Below are positions 37,075-51,169 of a stretch of DNA of 64,000 bases, in pieces. Below the pieces are notes generated by a model that was given only the letters and a program-made list of their open reading frames with translations, searched no databases and was not told the DNA's origin. Positions within the stretch are counted from its first letter, which is position 1. Each line of letters starts with the position of its first letter. Source of the stretch: Lingula anatina (Eukaryota; Animalia; Brachiopoda); assembly GCA_051362555.1 (NCBI GenBank), contig CM120649.1:11594001-11658000 (forward strand), read 5' to 3'. Made by a program: the position numbers and the translations under genes.

Positions 37075-39620
37075 CAAAAATTCGTTTTCTCTTGACAAAT
37101 ATTGAATCCGCTTGTCCTCATGTGTGATCTGGTTTGGGGTCCTAAAACAAATAAGACAAAATAAATATCCGAGTTCCAGTGCACTTGATTGTTTTACTGG
37201 AAAGTCTCTAACTTTAATCTCAACCAAGATATTTAAAAGCGCCTTTTACAACAATGACTTGCATTAAGTGTTCAAAATACTTTTTTTGGGGTGAAGGCTA
37301 GATAACGTAACTAAACACACACCTGTCGTTCTCCCTTCACGGATACAGTTTCCGTACGTCCTAGTCTGAGGTTTTAACTGGACTCCTAAAAATCAAACAA
37401 ACAATCAATATCACAGTTGATCAAACTGATGGAAAGTCTTAAACTCTAATAGTACCCAAAATATTTAAAAGCGTTTTAATTATCACTGACATGGATTATG
37501 ACATTATCACAGAAGTGGATTCATGAAAATACTATTACCTGTTTACAAAGATGAGTTGTGGATAAATATTGCAGTCAGTATTGTCTAAATGCATTTAACA
37601 TTTAAAGGGGGTATTATTTAAATTCGACATATTTAATCGAGACACAAAAAATTAAAAAAATCGAGACAGTTATCTTGCTTAATCATAAAAATATAAATTT
37701 AAAGTTTGCCTGAGAATAGGTTCTAGTTAAGAATGACTGGTGAGCCAAAAATAAATCAAATGAAATACAAATTCGTGTCAGGGATTTTTAACTTGTATTT
37801 AAGCTTAAGTTAGGTGTTTATACTTACTTAAATTCCCTTCTCCCTTTAGTGATTGCCTGCAAGACCCCAACTTTTCCACCGTTCACTGAAAAAATATAAT
37901 AAATACAAATATTTTAATTATCTATAACGTTCATTCAAAAACCTACTAGCTATAAGAATAGAAGTTTGAGTGGACGTAATACTGCCATCATAAAATGTTA
38001 CGGTATTTCAGATGAATAAACGTTTAATATGTGACTCAAAAAGTCTTGCGATGCAGCGCAGCCGATGTTGTTCACGGCGGTTTTGGCTACAAATCAAGTG
38101 ACAAACCCATTTAAAACGTTGGCCTGACATCGATTTTATCCACAATTTTAAATAATAAGTAAAGATATTTTATTGTTATGTGCTACGAGGATGTAAGTTG
38201 TTTCAAGATAGATAAAGTACTTACTATTTATACCCCTTTGTGTCATTTTTGCAGGGAAGGGCTTTCAGAGGATCTTCAAATTGCACTATCTAGCCTTCCA
38301 TCTTTCATTCAACTCGGTTTTTTTTTTCAGTTGTACATGTAGTTAGTTATACGCCAGTGTGACCGTAACGGCACAGGCCTAGCGACCTTATATATACAGG
38401 CAAAGGATGACATGGATGAAAACATAATCAAATTTCTAATCATTATTAATTTGAAGGCACTTCTTCTCCGTTTCCTTGAGTCTCACACAGCAGAAATCCT
38501 CTGAAATGTACCGTTCAGTAGATGTGTACTGTGTTCCTTTAAGAATTCTTAAATCTTGAGCCATCATATTGTAAAACGTATTTTTTAATAATAGCTTGAA
38601 GCATTGATTGTGATAAAAAAAGTTTACGCTGCATTAAGTGTTGCTGAACTAAATGCATTTTCTCTTCAATAATTAGTTATGAATGTTTATCAATATAATT
38701 CATCACACAGACATCTGATAGTGATTTTCCATTCCCTTTACAGGTCAAATTAGTTCATGCACTGTGTGTCTTTCTCTACATTTCATTAGAATTTCCTGTT
38801 TAACTGCTGCTGTATTTTCATTATGTTAATTTAGAAGTTGTAAAATCCGTCATGAATTTGTCGAAGGTCACAGGTATTAAAGTCTAATTGCACAGGTTGG
38901 ATTTTTAAAACATATCTGTTACCGTAGTCATTAAGAGCACCGTGATATTCATAATTTCACAATAAGTTTACATAATGAGCAACAAACTTAGATATAAAAT
39001 ATTTGTGGATTGTTTTTTGGTTACCTACGAAGCTCATTTTTCCGATAGTTTGTGCCTTGCTTAGAATTAGTACTGGAAACCTGTATTCCAATGCGGTGTG
39101 TATTTATTTATATGGCAATGGTCTTAATGGTATTCGTTACTTTTAAGCATTTGCAAACACTGAATGTACAAAATATTGCACAAATATATAATTTCCTTTC
39201 CAACTGTACGATATCATTTGATGTCCGTAATTGTGTTGAACTCTATAAACGCACGTTTCCACCAGCATGACAATTGTTTTTGGTGTTTTTGCAGTAAATG
39301 GTTTAAAATCCACGAGGTTTCCTCTTGTTTAATGAATGGCTGCAGAAACATAAGAATATCAATAACGAATGCTATAAGTAATTGAAATAGCTATAATCGC
39401 CTTTATCTGATCGGAAAAGGGGTTTAAAGACCAAAGTAAAAATGGCCTTTACCGGTATTTGATCGGATGAGGATTGTGAAGGCGATGTAACTGTAAACGT
39501 CTTTTCTTGATTGGAAGGGCTTATTAAAAGTCTCAGTAAATTGCGTCCACAATATTCTGCAGAGGCACAAAAGGATCGTAAACCTATAGGCTCTGAATGG
39601 GCATTGCGTGACTGAACATG
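37075..39620 (-). pseudogene. Cluster of small splice-flanked exons and a degraded larger exon, possibly Ig-like; relic of an upstream gene or 5' UTR exons
   Basis: AG/GT-bounded segments at 37828-37885, 37539-37584, 37323-37385 and about 37075-37140; peptide relics FACIYKVARPVPLRSHW and FTLVFKPLFRSDKGDYSY; phases do not join cleanly. Confidence 0.3.
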
Positions 39621-42160
39621 CTTGTAAAGGGAATGTTCAGAGCCTTTTCCTAAAGCGTAACATGACTGAAACTGATTTTATTGATTTTATTGTTGTGATG
39701 TATGAATCAAACTTTATTCTTCAGTGAATAGACAACTCCCTATTGTACTTACATCCAATGTTTATTAGTATTTACACCAAAGCAAAATTCAATGTTGCGA
39801 TTAAATTACGAGTAACCTACAGCAACAATACAAATATACAAATATCAGTCACTTGTGATTTAAGTCGATCCTTTAAAAGTATTTGGTTATTGTAGACCCA
39901 CTGAATGAATCTTAACCTATTGAGCAATATTTGTTTTGGATTCCGTTTAAATTGTATCATATACAGACGCCATAAGCACTATTCCAATCAGAGAACCCCA
40001 CCCAAAGTCAAGCTAAAAAAGAGGAATGTTGCTGCATATAAGACGTTCCCGAAATTGTTTTTAAATACCCAAATTTTGGTTAGTTAGAGACCAGAAATAC
40101 ATTATAATGTTTCAGAAAATAATTATTTCCATCTCGTACATTTACACTGTCATATCATATTTATGACAATAATGCCACTTTTTGGTCTCAAGACAGTCTC
40201 CTCGATGTTGAGGCTTCTCAAAGTTGATTTTAGTTTTGAAATTGCATCATATAAAGTCCATCTTATTTGGGTACTTTGCCGTTTAATGGTAAATTAATTT
40301 ATATTTAAAACATAATTTTTTCTACTATAGTCTTAGATGGTTTTGAAGTAGTTAATGGAAGTCTGTTGATCTCAACTACATAAGTAGTCCGTTGGTTGAG
40401 GAGGATTTATATGCATGATCACGTTGACTCGCTCCCTCTCTCTCCCTCTATTTGTCACTCTCCCTCACACACACACACACACGCACACACACTTTATATC
40501 ACAAAACCAGAATCCCAACACCACCGCATTACAACATCCAATACATTTTACTCACGTACAGATGAAAACCAACCATTGTGAGATGAATTGTTCACATATA
40601 AAGCCACATCAATCACAAATAAATATTTTAGAACAAGGGGAAAGCAACAATGTGATGTACTGAAAATACCGCATATGCCATCTAACGTACGTTAGATTTT
40701 TGTCAGACTTCAAAAAGATCGGGGCTAAAAGACTGATTCAAATTTTAACGCACTACGTCCGTAAAGCTATTAGTGCAGTGTTTGTTTAGCGTTTCATTCC
40801 TTACAAAAGCCAAGGTTAAAGTATACAGTATATATTTACCCACCCTTAGTTAGGCGGATAAGTCCATTTTTTGTCCAGAATTGTGCAAAAGTTCATAAAA
40901 GCATGAAACTTTCCACGATGAAAGACCATTGGGTATTAGTCAATTTTGAATCGTGGGGCAACTCCAAAATTCATTAGTACCCGGGTGGGCAGCTTTCCTA
41001 AAATACGCTGACTCAGCGTTTTTATACGTACGAAGATTTCATCAAAACAAGAGCTGCTTTGTATGTATGATTTAAATTATGATTACATGTATAAATTTGA
41101 GACTCATACACTCACTGTGCACATATATGACAGCAATGACGTCATGATGACGTCACTAAATGATATTTTACAATACAAAAAGACGGGTGTCTACTCACGG
41201 AAACACTGGTGAAATGGATATATTATTTTCAATATAAGAACATGCTAAAAAAGACATCGTCACATTTTTTATTCCTGCTAAAAGAGATAGTGTACAATAG
41301 CTGACCCAATTCGGGGTCGCCACGCCTTGACATGATGCGCGTGTTGTGTATTACAAAAAATCAAAGCTTTGCTATATTTCTTTGTTGTTTTGTCCTTTTT
41401 AAAAATATTTTTATTTCTTATATTAATCTCAATTTGTATTTGAAGTTATACCAAAGTATATTTGATTAGACAAAACTACTGGTAGCTATGGGACTGGGTC
41501 TACAATGTAAGTTGCTACCGCAAAGGCCTTCGGGTAATACGCTCTAAAATTTGGCGGGAGATGCTCCATTTCTTTCGATGTGGACTGTTGCTACAAATGT
41601 GGTCAAGGGGATGATCTAAAACAGGTGAGTAACTTGATGCAAGGGAGGATTACGTGCGAAACACTTCATTTCCTTCTGCACAGCATCAAACACGAATGAA
41701 GTTGTATTTAAAGAGTTAAAGATAACACCCGCGATACCGATCATTATTGAAATCTGCCACGCGGTATGTCCCGCGTTATGATATTAGGTTTTGAAGCAGG
41801 ATTTGCATTGTAATGGCTTACTTTTTAAAGCAGTCAGCGTCAGGATTCTTAGGGGACAACCGTTTTTTATCATCGTTTTTACAACTCTATAAACTTTTAC
41901 CTGGGAGGCGGGGGTTAATGATCTAATTAAGCTTTGAAAAATAATGAAAATAATGATCTAAATTGCTGTCAAATGACGTCGTTTTAGCTTTTCACTTTGT
42001 ACGCTAAGCTAGGGGTCTGGAATTTTCTACTCTTTGTAGACTAGTGAAAACGATTATACAAATGAATGAACCCTTTTAAAATATTAATTAAAATGAGTGT
42101 TTATCTAGTGGTAAATAGTAAATCCGGGAATATATTTTTGCGCTGTTCTAGAACAACCAT

Positions 42161-45100
42161 ACGGAAAAATCGTGGGCAAAAGAAGTCGATTGGGAACTTT
42201 GTTTTCTATGTCAGAAAAACAAGAAGGAAACCCTTATTTGCCCAGACCGTTCTACAAGCAGCTCCTTAGGGGCAGGCTACAAGTCACTAGCACAGAATCT
42301 TATTGAATTCGAGAAGCTAGGTCTCCGTAAAGTTGCTGTCCGTCTGTCAGCATTATCGTCTGAGGAGCCTTCTTTGGAAGAAACACTTCTAAAATACAAG
42401 GCGTCCTGGCATAGGTCTTGCAGATATAAAGTAAACAATAATGAGCTGAAAAGAGCAATAAGGAGAAAGGCTGCCTCTGATACACTCCATAATGTAGAAC
42501 TAACCCCAGAAACAGAAGAGCAAACCCTACAAGGACACAAGGAAAAAAGGAGAAGGGTATCCTCTGAAGAAAAACAGATTGCTAAATGTTTCTTTTGTGA
42601 AAAAACAGGAGGTGAACTTCACAAGGCGTCGACCATGGAACTTAATGCAAAGGTGCGCAAGCATGCAATTGAGCTCAGTGACGCAGAACTTCTTGCTAAG
42701 TTGGCAGTAGGGGATATGGTAGCTAGCGACGCCGTTTATCATCGAAGCTGTCTAGTTTCTTTCTATAACCGTAGGAGATCACTGAGGCAAAGTGACAATA
42801 CCGAGAACCCCGCAGACCAGGCAAACAAAAAGTTACGCGCTATTGCCTTTGCAGAACTAGTGTCCTACTTGGAAGACTGCAAAGAGAACGAAAACAGTGT
42901 GCGTGTCTTTACGATGGCCGACCTGAGCAAAATGTACTGCTCTATACTGGAAAAGATAGGCGGCGAGCAACTCGATAGAGTACATACCTCACGTTTAAAA
43001 GATCAGCTTCAAGCCGTTTTACCAACCTTAGTGTGTTATAAACAAGGGCGAGATGTCATCCTGGCTTTTGAAAAAGATGTAGGAGGAGTTTTAATGAAGG
43101 CTTGCGAACAGGAAGATGACACTTCAGAGGCCATGCAAACGGCTAAGGTAGCTCGTATTATACGAAGAGATATCTTTGAGCATAGAAATGAGTTATTCAA
43201 CGGTTCCTTTACCGATAACCGCCCTACAGACAGTGTGCCGCCTTCCCTAAAGGCGTTAATTGCGATGATTTTAGAAGGGCCAGGACGTCAAATTGAGAGT
43301 GACGACGGAAATTATGTGAACGAGGCGATTTTCACTATTTCTCAGTTAATCGGATTCAACTGCGTTAAGCATAAGAGAAAAGCCAGGACTAGTAACGAGA
43401 AAGCTAAAGAAGACTTTCGACACAGCTGAGATCGGGAAACACCTCTCCCTATTTACGTTGGCTTGAAAATCCATGCCAAGACGCGCAGCCGCTCTCTGAT
43501 TGATCATATGTATGGAATGGTTCTATCTATTTCCTACGATCGAGTAATGTCGATATCAACTGATGTTGCAAACAGTGTGTGCGACAGATTCGAAAAGGAT
43601 GGGATCGTTTGTCCCCCAAAACTCTGTGCAGACGTGTTTACTACAGCTGCGCTAGACAACATAGATCACAATCCTAGTGCGACAACTGCACAAGACTCGT
43701 TTCACGGAACAGCTATTTCATTGGCACAGCATCCTATTCTGGATAACTGTGGACGAGATCGAGGTATCAATTTAATCACAGATTCTGGAAGAAAGAGAAA
43801 AACCATCAAAGAACTACTGGATATATACCAGAACGTCCCGCCAGCGGTTCTAAAGACAGCAGACCCAGTTGTACCTGTGACTACTGGTCCTGTAATACCA
43901 CCTTCCTTCGCCACACCAATCAGCAGAGAGGCTAAGTGGCGCACCAACGTCAAACAGTTGTACGGAAAAGAACAACTTTCGTCTGACGAGTTTATATCTT
44001 GGGCTGCATTTCAGGCATCTCTTCAGACACAGCCCCTACCTATACTTGTAGATTATGTTGCCCTCCTTCCTCTTTTCATGGAGAATGCCCATTCTGTTGC
44101 AATGATAAAACACGGCATGTATGTTGCAAACCAAGCAATACAGCATCTCAATCCGGGACAAACTCCTGTAATTGCGATGGACCAGCCACTCTTTGCCCTT
44201 GCAAAGCAAGTGCAGTGGAACTGGCCTGAGACACACGGAGAGAAGCGTTATGTTGTGATGTTTGGGGGGCTACATATCGAGATGGCGGCCCTAAAAGCGC
44301 TCGGTAATCTTCTTGAAGGCAGCGGCTGGGTAGACGTGTTAGTAAGTGCTGACGTGGCCTCAGTAGGAACTGCTGAATCTTATTTGAAGGTGACACACCT
44401 TGCGCGAACCAGGCACGCGCATGAACTTACATCTGCTGCTCTGTACATTTTTTTCTGATGCTTACGACATCTACAAAGCAGGGGTTTGTGTCGACCAGCA
44501 ACCAGAGGAGTTTGAAACTTGGTGTGATAAAGCCTCGACACGACAACCACACTTCCTCTTCTGGTACCTGATCTTGCAGTTTGAACTTCTTGTTCTCGAG
44601 TTCGTAAGGGCGATAAGAGAAGGGGATTTCAACCTCTACGTATGTAAAGCCTCTCTTCTGGTCCTCAAATCAAGTTCGGTCCCTTGGTTCTAAACTGTTT
44701 ACAAGAAGCTCTATACTGGACCTACACCTGTAAATGTCCATCATTACCAGTTCAAACGTGTTCCCTAAACGTGTCCTTGGCTGACTCTATTATGGTCTCC
44801 AATATTTGAGGTTTAAAACTTTGAGAGGCTACCAAAAAACGTACGTAAACTGAATGTTAGAAAGAAATGCATTTCAATTATTTAAAATTGTATTATATTT
44901 GCTATAATATATTCTCAGATTTTTTAAAGAACACAAAAGTTTTGCTGCGTGACTACCTTTAGGATGCTTAAGAATAATACTACAATATTTATGGCGTTCT
45001 CTGCCTCATGTTTTCAAGACAGTTACATTCGTGGGTGATTGTGTGCATGTGGTGGTGTTGGGGGGGGGGGGGGGTGCTCACTCACTGCCATGATTGTGCG

Positions 45101-48100
45101 CTTTTTATTCCGTTTCAAGGTAGTATAAGCTCTTATTTTCATATGGACGCGTTTATTCCGTGAATTTCCTAAATGTCCACTGGACTGGTATGGTCACGCG
45201 TTTTGTGCAAGTAGTAGAAATGGATTATATTTTTTTTTCGAATCAGCAGATCTAAAATAAACAAAGTTTATTAATAAACGCGCAATATTTTCGTAATTAA
45301 AGCCTATTTGCCTGTTTGACTGCATTTAAACTAAGACGCAACTGACCATAATGTGTGTTTGATTGACGGGGCTGGTTTAGAGATGTACGTGCTGCATACA
45401 TTGTTGGTATTTATACCTAGGCTTTCACAAGCTGTATATCCCATATCATTCAGATAATTTTCAAGTGTTGTTTTGCTACATGATGACAACTTAGCATCCC
45501 AATTGTATTGCTTTAGGAGCGTACAGTGAAGGGAATATCATGAAAACCCAGTGATCTGACCAAAGACATTGTAGAGATCCAGTTTAACTACGTAGTATAA
45601 GTAGGCCTATGCATACCAGTGCAGTTTACTGTTACACAACGCCGTTCTCACTTGGGCAAAATTAAAGGCTAAAATCCCCGTTTCAATTTACCACTTCAAG
45701 GGAAAGATTCAGAACAGCGCCCTGGCCTGAATTTTGATCTTACAAACTGACCTCGGAAACCACAAAATTTTCTTTCATGCCCGATTAAATACTCGATCCC
45801 CACCAATAAATGTCCCACCGACCCTCACATTGACTGCCTCTCTTGTTATAGAGCACAATTCAAATTAATATAAAAGAGACAAACTTAGCTGTTATTACAG
45901 AATCGGGATTCTTTATCATAGATTTTGTCTCGACTCTAGGGACGTCTCAATTTCTTTTTCGCCCTATATATATATATCTTATTAAGTTGAATGGTCTTTA
46001 TCGGATCATCTTTATTTAAGTTCATTAAAAACCACAAATCAAAGGAATTGTGTGTACGCGCCGTAATGTACATGATCTTTGGATGGTTATTTTAAGTAAT
46101 CCGATGTTGATAATTTCGAATCCTATACATTATAGTACATATGCGTACATGGAAAGCATCAAAACAGATTAAAGGCATTTTCGCGTCGATCATTATACCG
46201 TTTTATTTGCATCTCATCTGTAGCGAACATTTGTTGCCAGATTAACGAAGCACCGCGCAATTATGTAAGAGAACCACGAAAATAGAGCACACGCACCAGA
46301 CATGGGCATTTAATTTTGATTGGTCCGTAAAGGGCTTGTATTCGACTGGAGGCAGAGTTGTGAATCAATCTACAGTATATTATTTTCCGTTTATATAAAA
46401 GTTACCTAAGTCTCGCATAACGCTATCTCAAAATTGGTCCATTTATGACCCTTTAAAACACCGCTACAGATGTAGACACTCCAACCCAATTAATTGAGTT
46501 CGATGTGAGAAAACTTTCAACAAAAAGTGAAAATGTGAGCCACATATATTTAGATTAATATCGGAATAAATATATGACACGTTCCATTACTTTCACTGGT
46601 TTATGCCATTGTACCCTATAACAGGGAAAGCAGTCAGCAGTTATTAAAAGTAATATGAAACATTAATAAAAACGTTATGCAAAACGTGAGCGGTTGTGAT
46701 AAGTTAATTTACGCTCTCATCTTTCATATGAAAAGAAAAATGATTATTTATTACAAGAGTTCAGGGTGGGAAGAGGAGCATAAGGGCATAGCAACTATTA
46801 TGTTATGAAATAAGTCAAGTTGAGCCTTTCTACTGACATACTTTATCGTGTTTCGTGCCTATCTAGCTTAGTCGGTTAAGAAGATATATCACCCCCCCCC
46901 CACACTTATTTCAACCTGTAAGATTGGAAAGTCGGTAGTCTGGCTCGGGCAATAAAATCTCACTATCTCCACATCTGGTTTCTATCAAGCGCGTTCAGAG
47001 CTTCAGAGCTTAGGACAAACATATTGCTCCTCGGGCCAGGAAATCTGGAGAAGGGGAGTAGAGGAACATGTCTTCTCAATATGGAAAGCTATATATTTTT
47101 GGTAGTTCCCTTTGTAACATTTACAAACACTAAAAAATATCCTTTCTCGAATTAATATCATGTTCACACATTTCTGTAAATATCCTGAATTAAAATACTA
47201 ATGTTAAATAACAGAGACTTTGATTTATGACGAGAGAGAGAGAGAGAGAGAAGTAAAGACAATCTGTAAATGTCCCGAACTAGAGAAAAAAAAACAAAAA
47301 AAAAAACTGAACACATCTTGGCTACAACCCGTAGACAGTTAGCCCGCAGAGTGGTTTAGTTATTATGATCAACATAATTGTTTATATTTTTATTAATATC
47401 AAACAATTTTACTGTTTGCAGCTATACCTGTTTGGAACATGTACTCTGCGCCATATAATAGCAATGGTGCAAAGTGGTGATATTGTAAAATCCTGCAATA
47501 AAATTTTCTTCAAATATCAAAGTTTATTAGATGGTTGAATACAACATCAGTAATAGAACAGTAATAGAATTCAGCATAATGATACTGAATTGTTGTAAAG
47601 ACATGAAGGAAGCAGGGTGACCATATATGCTCGGAATATTGTCGGAGAGGGAACTTTCTCCAGTTTGTTCACTGCCCTGTGAAGCCATATTTTGTGGCCT
47701 GAGATGCCGTATCCGTTACTTCGTGACCTGACCTGTCAAAAGCACGTCCGCGCACTCTTTTCATTTTTTTATTCTTCCACATTAATCAAGATACGGAGTA
47801 TCAATTACAAGTGTGTGTGGGGGGGGGGGGGGGTGGGCATGAAGGGAATAAATAATTATATGTAGTATCCTTGTGACAGAAGGTTACTCTGCAATTTATA
47901 TCTTTCAATTTATGCTGTGAAATAAAAGCCAGCTAGTCCGTTGATCTGGCGAATCAACCAAATGACCGTTAGTTGAGTTGCTTAACTGCAAGTAATTAAT
48001 CCCCTCCCCTCCCCCGAACGTCAAAATGGCAGGTTTCCAAATGAAGACTAGAAAGACGCAGAAAAATTTGGGGCCCAAAAGAGAGTCAGCCAAGTACACG

Positions 48101-50297
48101 TTTGGGGAACACGTTTGAACACGTCATGATGGACATTTACAGGTGTAGGACCAGAACAGAGCCTCTGGTAAACAGTTTAGAACCAAGGGACCGAACTTGA
48201 TTTGAGGACCAGAAGAGAGGCTTTACATACGTAGAATCGCTAGGATTACTAATACCTTGGATGTTTGTTCTTGACCATGTCCATTATGCACGTTGGCTCT
48301 CAGTGCATGTGCGGGACATGCTAGCGCTGCCAAAAGAACACCCCGTTAAGAAATCCATGCGCCGCTTCTCAGCAATCGCTTTGGACCATGCCCATGAACA
48401 AGAAAATGTGTCAATCAAAGGTGAAGGTGGCACCGTTGGACTCACAGAAAATGCAAGTGCACTAAGGAGATGGATGATTGGTGGCCCCGAACTGTCTAGG
48501 ATGGTGCACGAGTATGAACAGCAAACACCCACCGCTAAAACAGAGTCCACAAAACACCATGATCAGATACCATCAATACAGGCACGTTTCCAAAAGGACG
48601 TCAAATCTCTAGTGGTCACCTTACAAGAAATAGGCAATCCTTTTGTTGAGGACAGTGGGGAATTGCTCCGCTTAGATACAAAATAAATAATGCCTAGAGA
48701 GGTAGAAGAAACGATTAAGAAGATTTAATTACTCGGCAGACATCAGTACGACCAGTTCGCAAAGGAAAGGTTTGTGGACAGGTCCAAGCCAATCACTGAC
48801 CCTTTAAAGCGAAACAAACTACATTTGTTCAAGAATCCTCCAAGTGAAGGCCCCGAAAAGAAGCAAACGGCAATGGCAGAGCTAAAGGAAGATTGCTCTT
48901 TGTTCTCAAGATTGTACATTGCATGTCAGACAAGGGATGGAAACCTAAATGAGTTTTTTAAACATGAGAATCAACCTTCGCCACCAGCGCTTTCCCATCA
49001 TGGTTCAATGAAGCAAGGTAACAAGGCGGAAATAATTCCATGCGTGCAAGGCAACGTCTGTGCTTCGACTGAGAGCCCCGAAGTTGATGTTAAGATACTC
49101 GACGGAGCAGTAATAGTCCAAATGTTAGATCCCAAAACCTCTAAGACTTTTCAAGAGTACACTGAAAGCATCTTCATACCGTACATTCATGCTCAACTTC
49201 AATCCGCCAAGCGTGTTGATGTTATATGGGATGTGTACCGGGACGACAGCCTGAAAAAGTGCACCAGAGAAAAGAGGGGAGAGGGCGTAAGGCGGCGCGT
49301 CAAGCCTTCTGTCAAAATGCCTAAGAACTGGAAGAGCTTCTTAAGAGCAGACGAGAATAAGACGGAACTTTTTAAGCTTCTGTCAGATGAGTTAGGAAGA
49401 ATGCAAGTCTCAGACAAAATAGTAGTCAGCACTCAGGGTGACGGAGTGGTGTCAGCAGGAGTCAATAGTGAATCATTGGAATCCCTTCAGCCATGTAATC
49501 ACGAAGAAGCAGACTCTTGGATTTTTATTCACGTACTGAATGCTGCGAATTGGCATCATCGTATACTTGTAAGAAAAGTTGACACTGATGTGTTCATTAT
49601 TTCCATAGCACAAATGCAGCGAATTCAAGGCAAAGAACTTTGGCTTGCATTCGGGACTGGTAAATACTTTCGTTACCTTCCTGTACATGAAATTGCAGAG
49701 TCACTTGGACCGGAGAAGTGTAGGGCACTGTCAGTGTTTCATGCCTTTACTGGCTGCGATACCGTGTCCTACTTTACCAACAAAAGCAAGAAGAGCGCGT
49801 GGGACACGTGCACGGTGTACCCTGAGGTCACCCAAGCTTTTCTAGACATAGCAAACGTACCCGATTCACTGCCAGAAAACTGCAGGGAGATTATAGAGAG
49901 ATTTGTTGTCTTATTATACGATCGAGGAAGCCAACTGAGTTCAGTAAATGAGGCACGGCAAGAGCTGTTCTGCAAGCGTCAGCGTTCTCTTAACAGGATA
50001 CCCCCAACATCAGTAGCTTTGGAGCAGCACTTACTTCGTGCAGCATATCAGGGCGGGCATGTGTGGAGTCAGGCGCATTTGACGAGACCAGAGCTCCCCA
50101 GTCCACACGAATGGGGATGGGCAAATGATGGGGGAACTTGGAGGCCGGTTTTGTCCACACTCTCTCAGGCACAGCTAAGCTGCTATGAGCTTATCTGATG
50201 TGCTTGTAAAAAAGCGTGTAGAGGGCTGTGTAAATGTAACAAAGCTAGATTGCAATGCACAGCTCTGTGTGCTTGTGGTGGCAACTGCTTCACTTAA
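42161..50297 (+). pseudogene. Academ transposase / XPG-like nuclease / Cys8 zinc finger, disabled
   Basis: DWELCFLCQ, YHRSC, DNIDHNPS..FHGTAIS, DQPLFALAK, GGLHIEM, DHAHEQ, HEEAD, DTDV, HAFTGCDTVS, C.CKK.C..LC.C..CTALCAC. Stops at 43427, 48726 and 50196, frameshift near 44450, 3.6-kb insertion. Confidence 0.9.
44643..48227. mobile_element. 3.6-kb non-autonomous TIR element (TGT...ACA termini if the TSD is TACGTA) inserted in the Academ ORF
   Basis: About 146-bp TIRs (44643-44788, 48082-48227); removal restores FNLYVESLGLLIPWMF; no long internal ORF. Confidence 0.88.
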
Positions 50298-50984
50298 TGG
50301 AAATTAAGAGGTAAAGACATTTAGTTTGTGCCAACACTTTTTATGTGTTTTTTTTTTATACAAATGACTTAAATAAATATACTAGATTATGCCTTCAATG
50401 AATATGTGTTTTACATCATTACTGCCTTTAGCTCAAATTATTATTCAAGACTGTACGAGTGAAATGTTCGTCTTTAAGAATCCTGTGTTTAAAATTTGCC
50501 ATTTTGTATTACGCAATAACGTTCAGTGACGCCATCATGACGTAATCATGACGCCATTGTTCTCAGATATGTGCATATTTATTGTACATGTCTTAATTAT
50601 ATCCATAATGTCATTATTAAGACCGGTAATGCACGTTTTGGTGATATTTAAATGTGCATAAAAACGAGACATCCGTCTTTTTGTAAAATGTCATTCAGTG
50701 ACGTCATCATGACGTCATTGCTGTCATATATGTGCACAGTGAGTGTATGAGTCTCAAATTTATACATGTAATCATAATTTAAATCATACATACAAAGCAG
50801 CTCTTGTTTAGATGGAATCTTCGTACGTATAAAAACGCTGAGTCAGCGTATTTTAGGAAAGCTGCCATGAATTTTGGAGTTGCCCCCCGATCCAAAATTA
50901 ACTAATACCTGATGGTCTTTCATCGTGGAAAGTTTCATGCTTTTATCAACTTTTGCACAATTTTTTGGCTTAGCCGTCTAACTA

Positions 50985-51094
50985 CCTCTACCAGGGCCGC
51001 ATTTATTGTTCTGTGGACAATTTTTGCTGAGGCACAGTACAAATAACCAGAAGCATATCTTTTGAAAAATCAATCTGTGGCCCTGGTAGAGGGT
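50985..51094. mobile_element. Small CCCT...AGGG MITE whose left TIR was the Academ insertion target
   Basis: cctctaccagggcc / ggccctggtagagg inverted repeat; the missing first bases lie left of the Academ (accct at 40842-40846). Confidence 0.6.
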
Positions 51095-51169
51095 AATGTT
51101 TACCTACAACGTACGAACTTCAGGGATACAACTGAATCAAAAAGGGCCGCGTTGCTCTTACTTCTCTAA

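Larger units (their letters stand above)
40847..50984 (+). mobile_element. Full-length Academ DNA transposon (XPG type)
   Basis: TAG...CTA termini, about 300-bp TIRs, 3-bp TSD CCT, single long transposase-XPG-Cys-rich reading frame. Confidence 0.92.

Noticed and set aside
44639-48231. Calling the Academ-interrupting element Tc1/mariner with a TA TSD
   Set aside because: Excision with a TA duplication would delete 4 nt and create a stop instead of restoring LYVES.
42277-50172. Many short minus-strand and alternative-frame ORFs
   Set aside because: Shadows of the Academ transposase frame.
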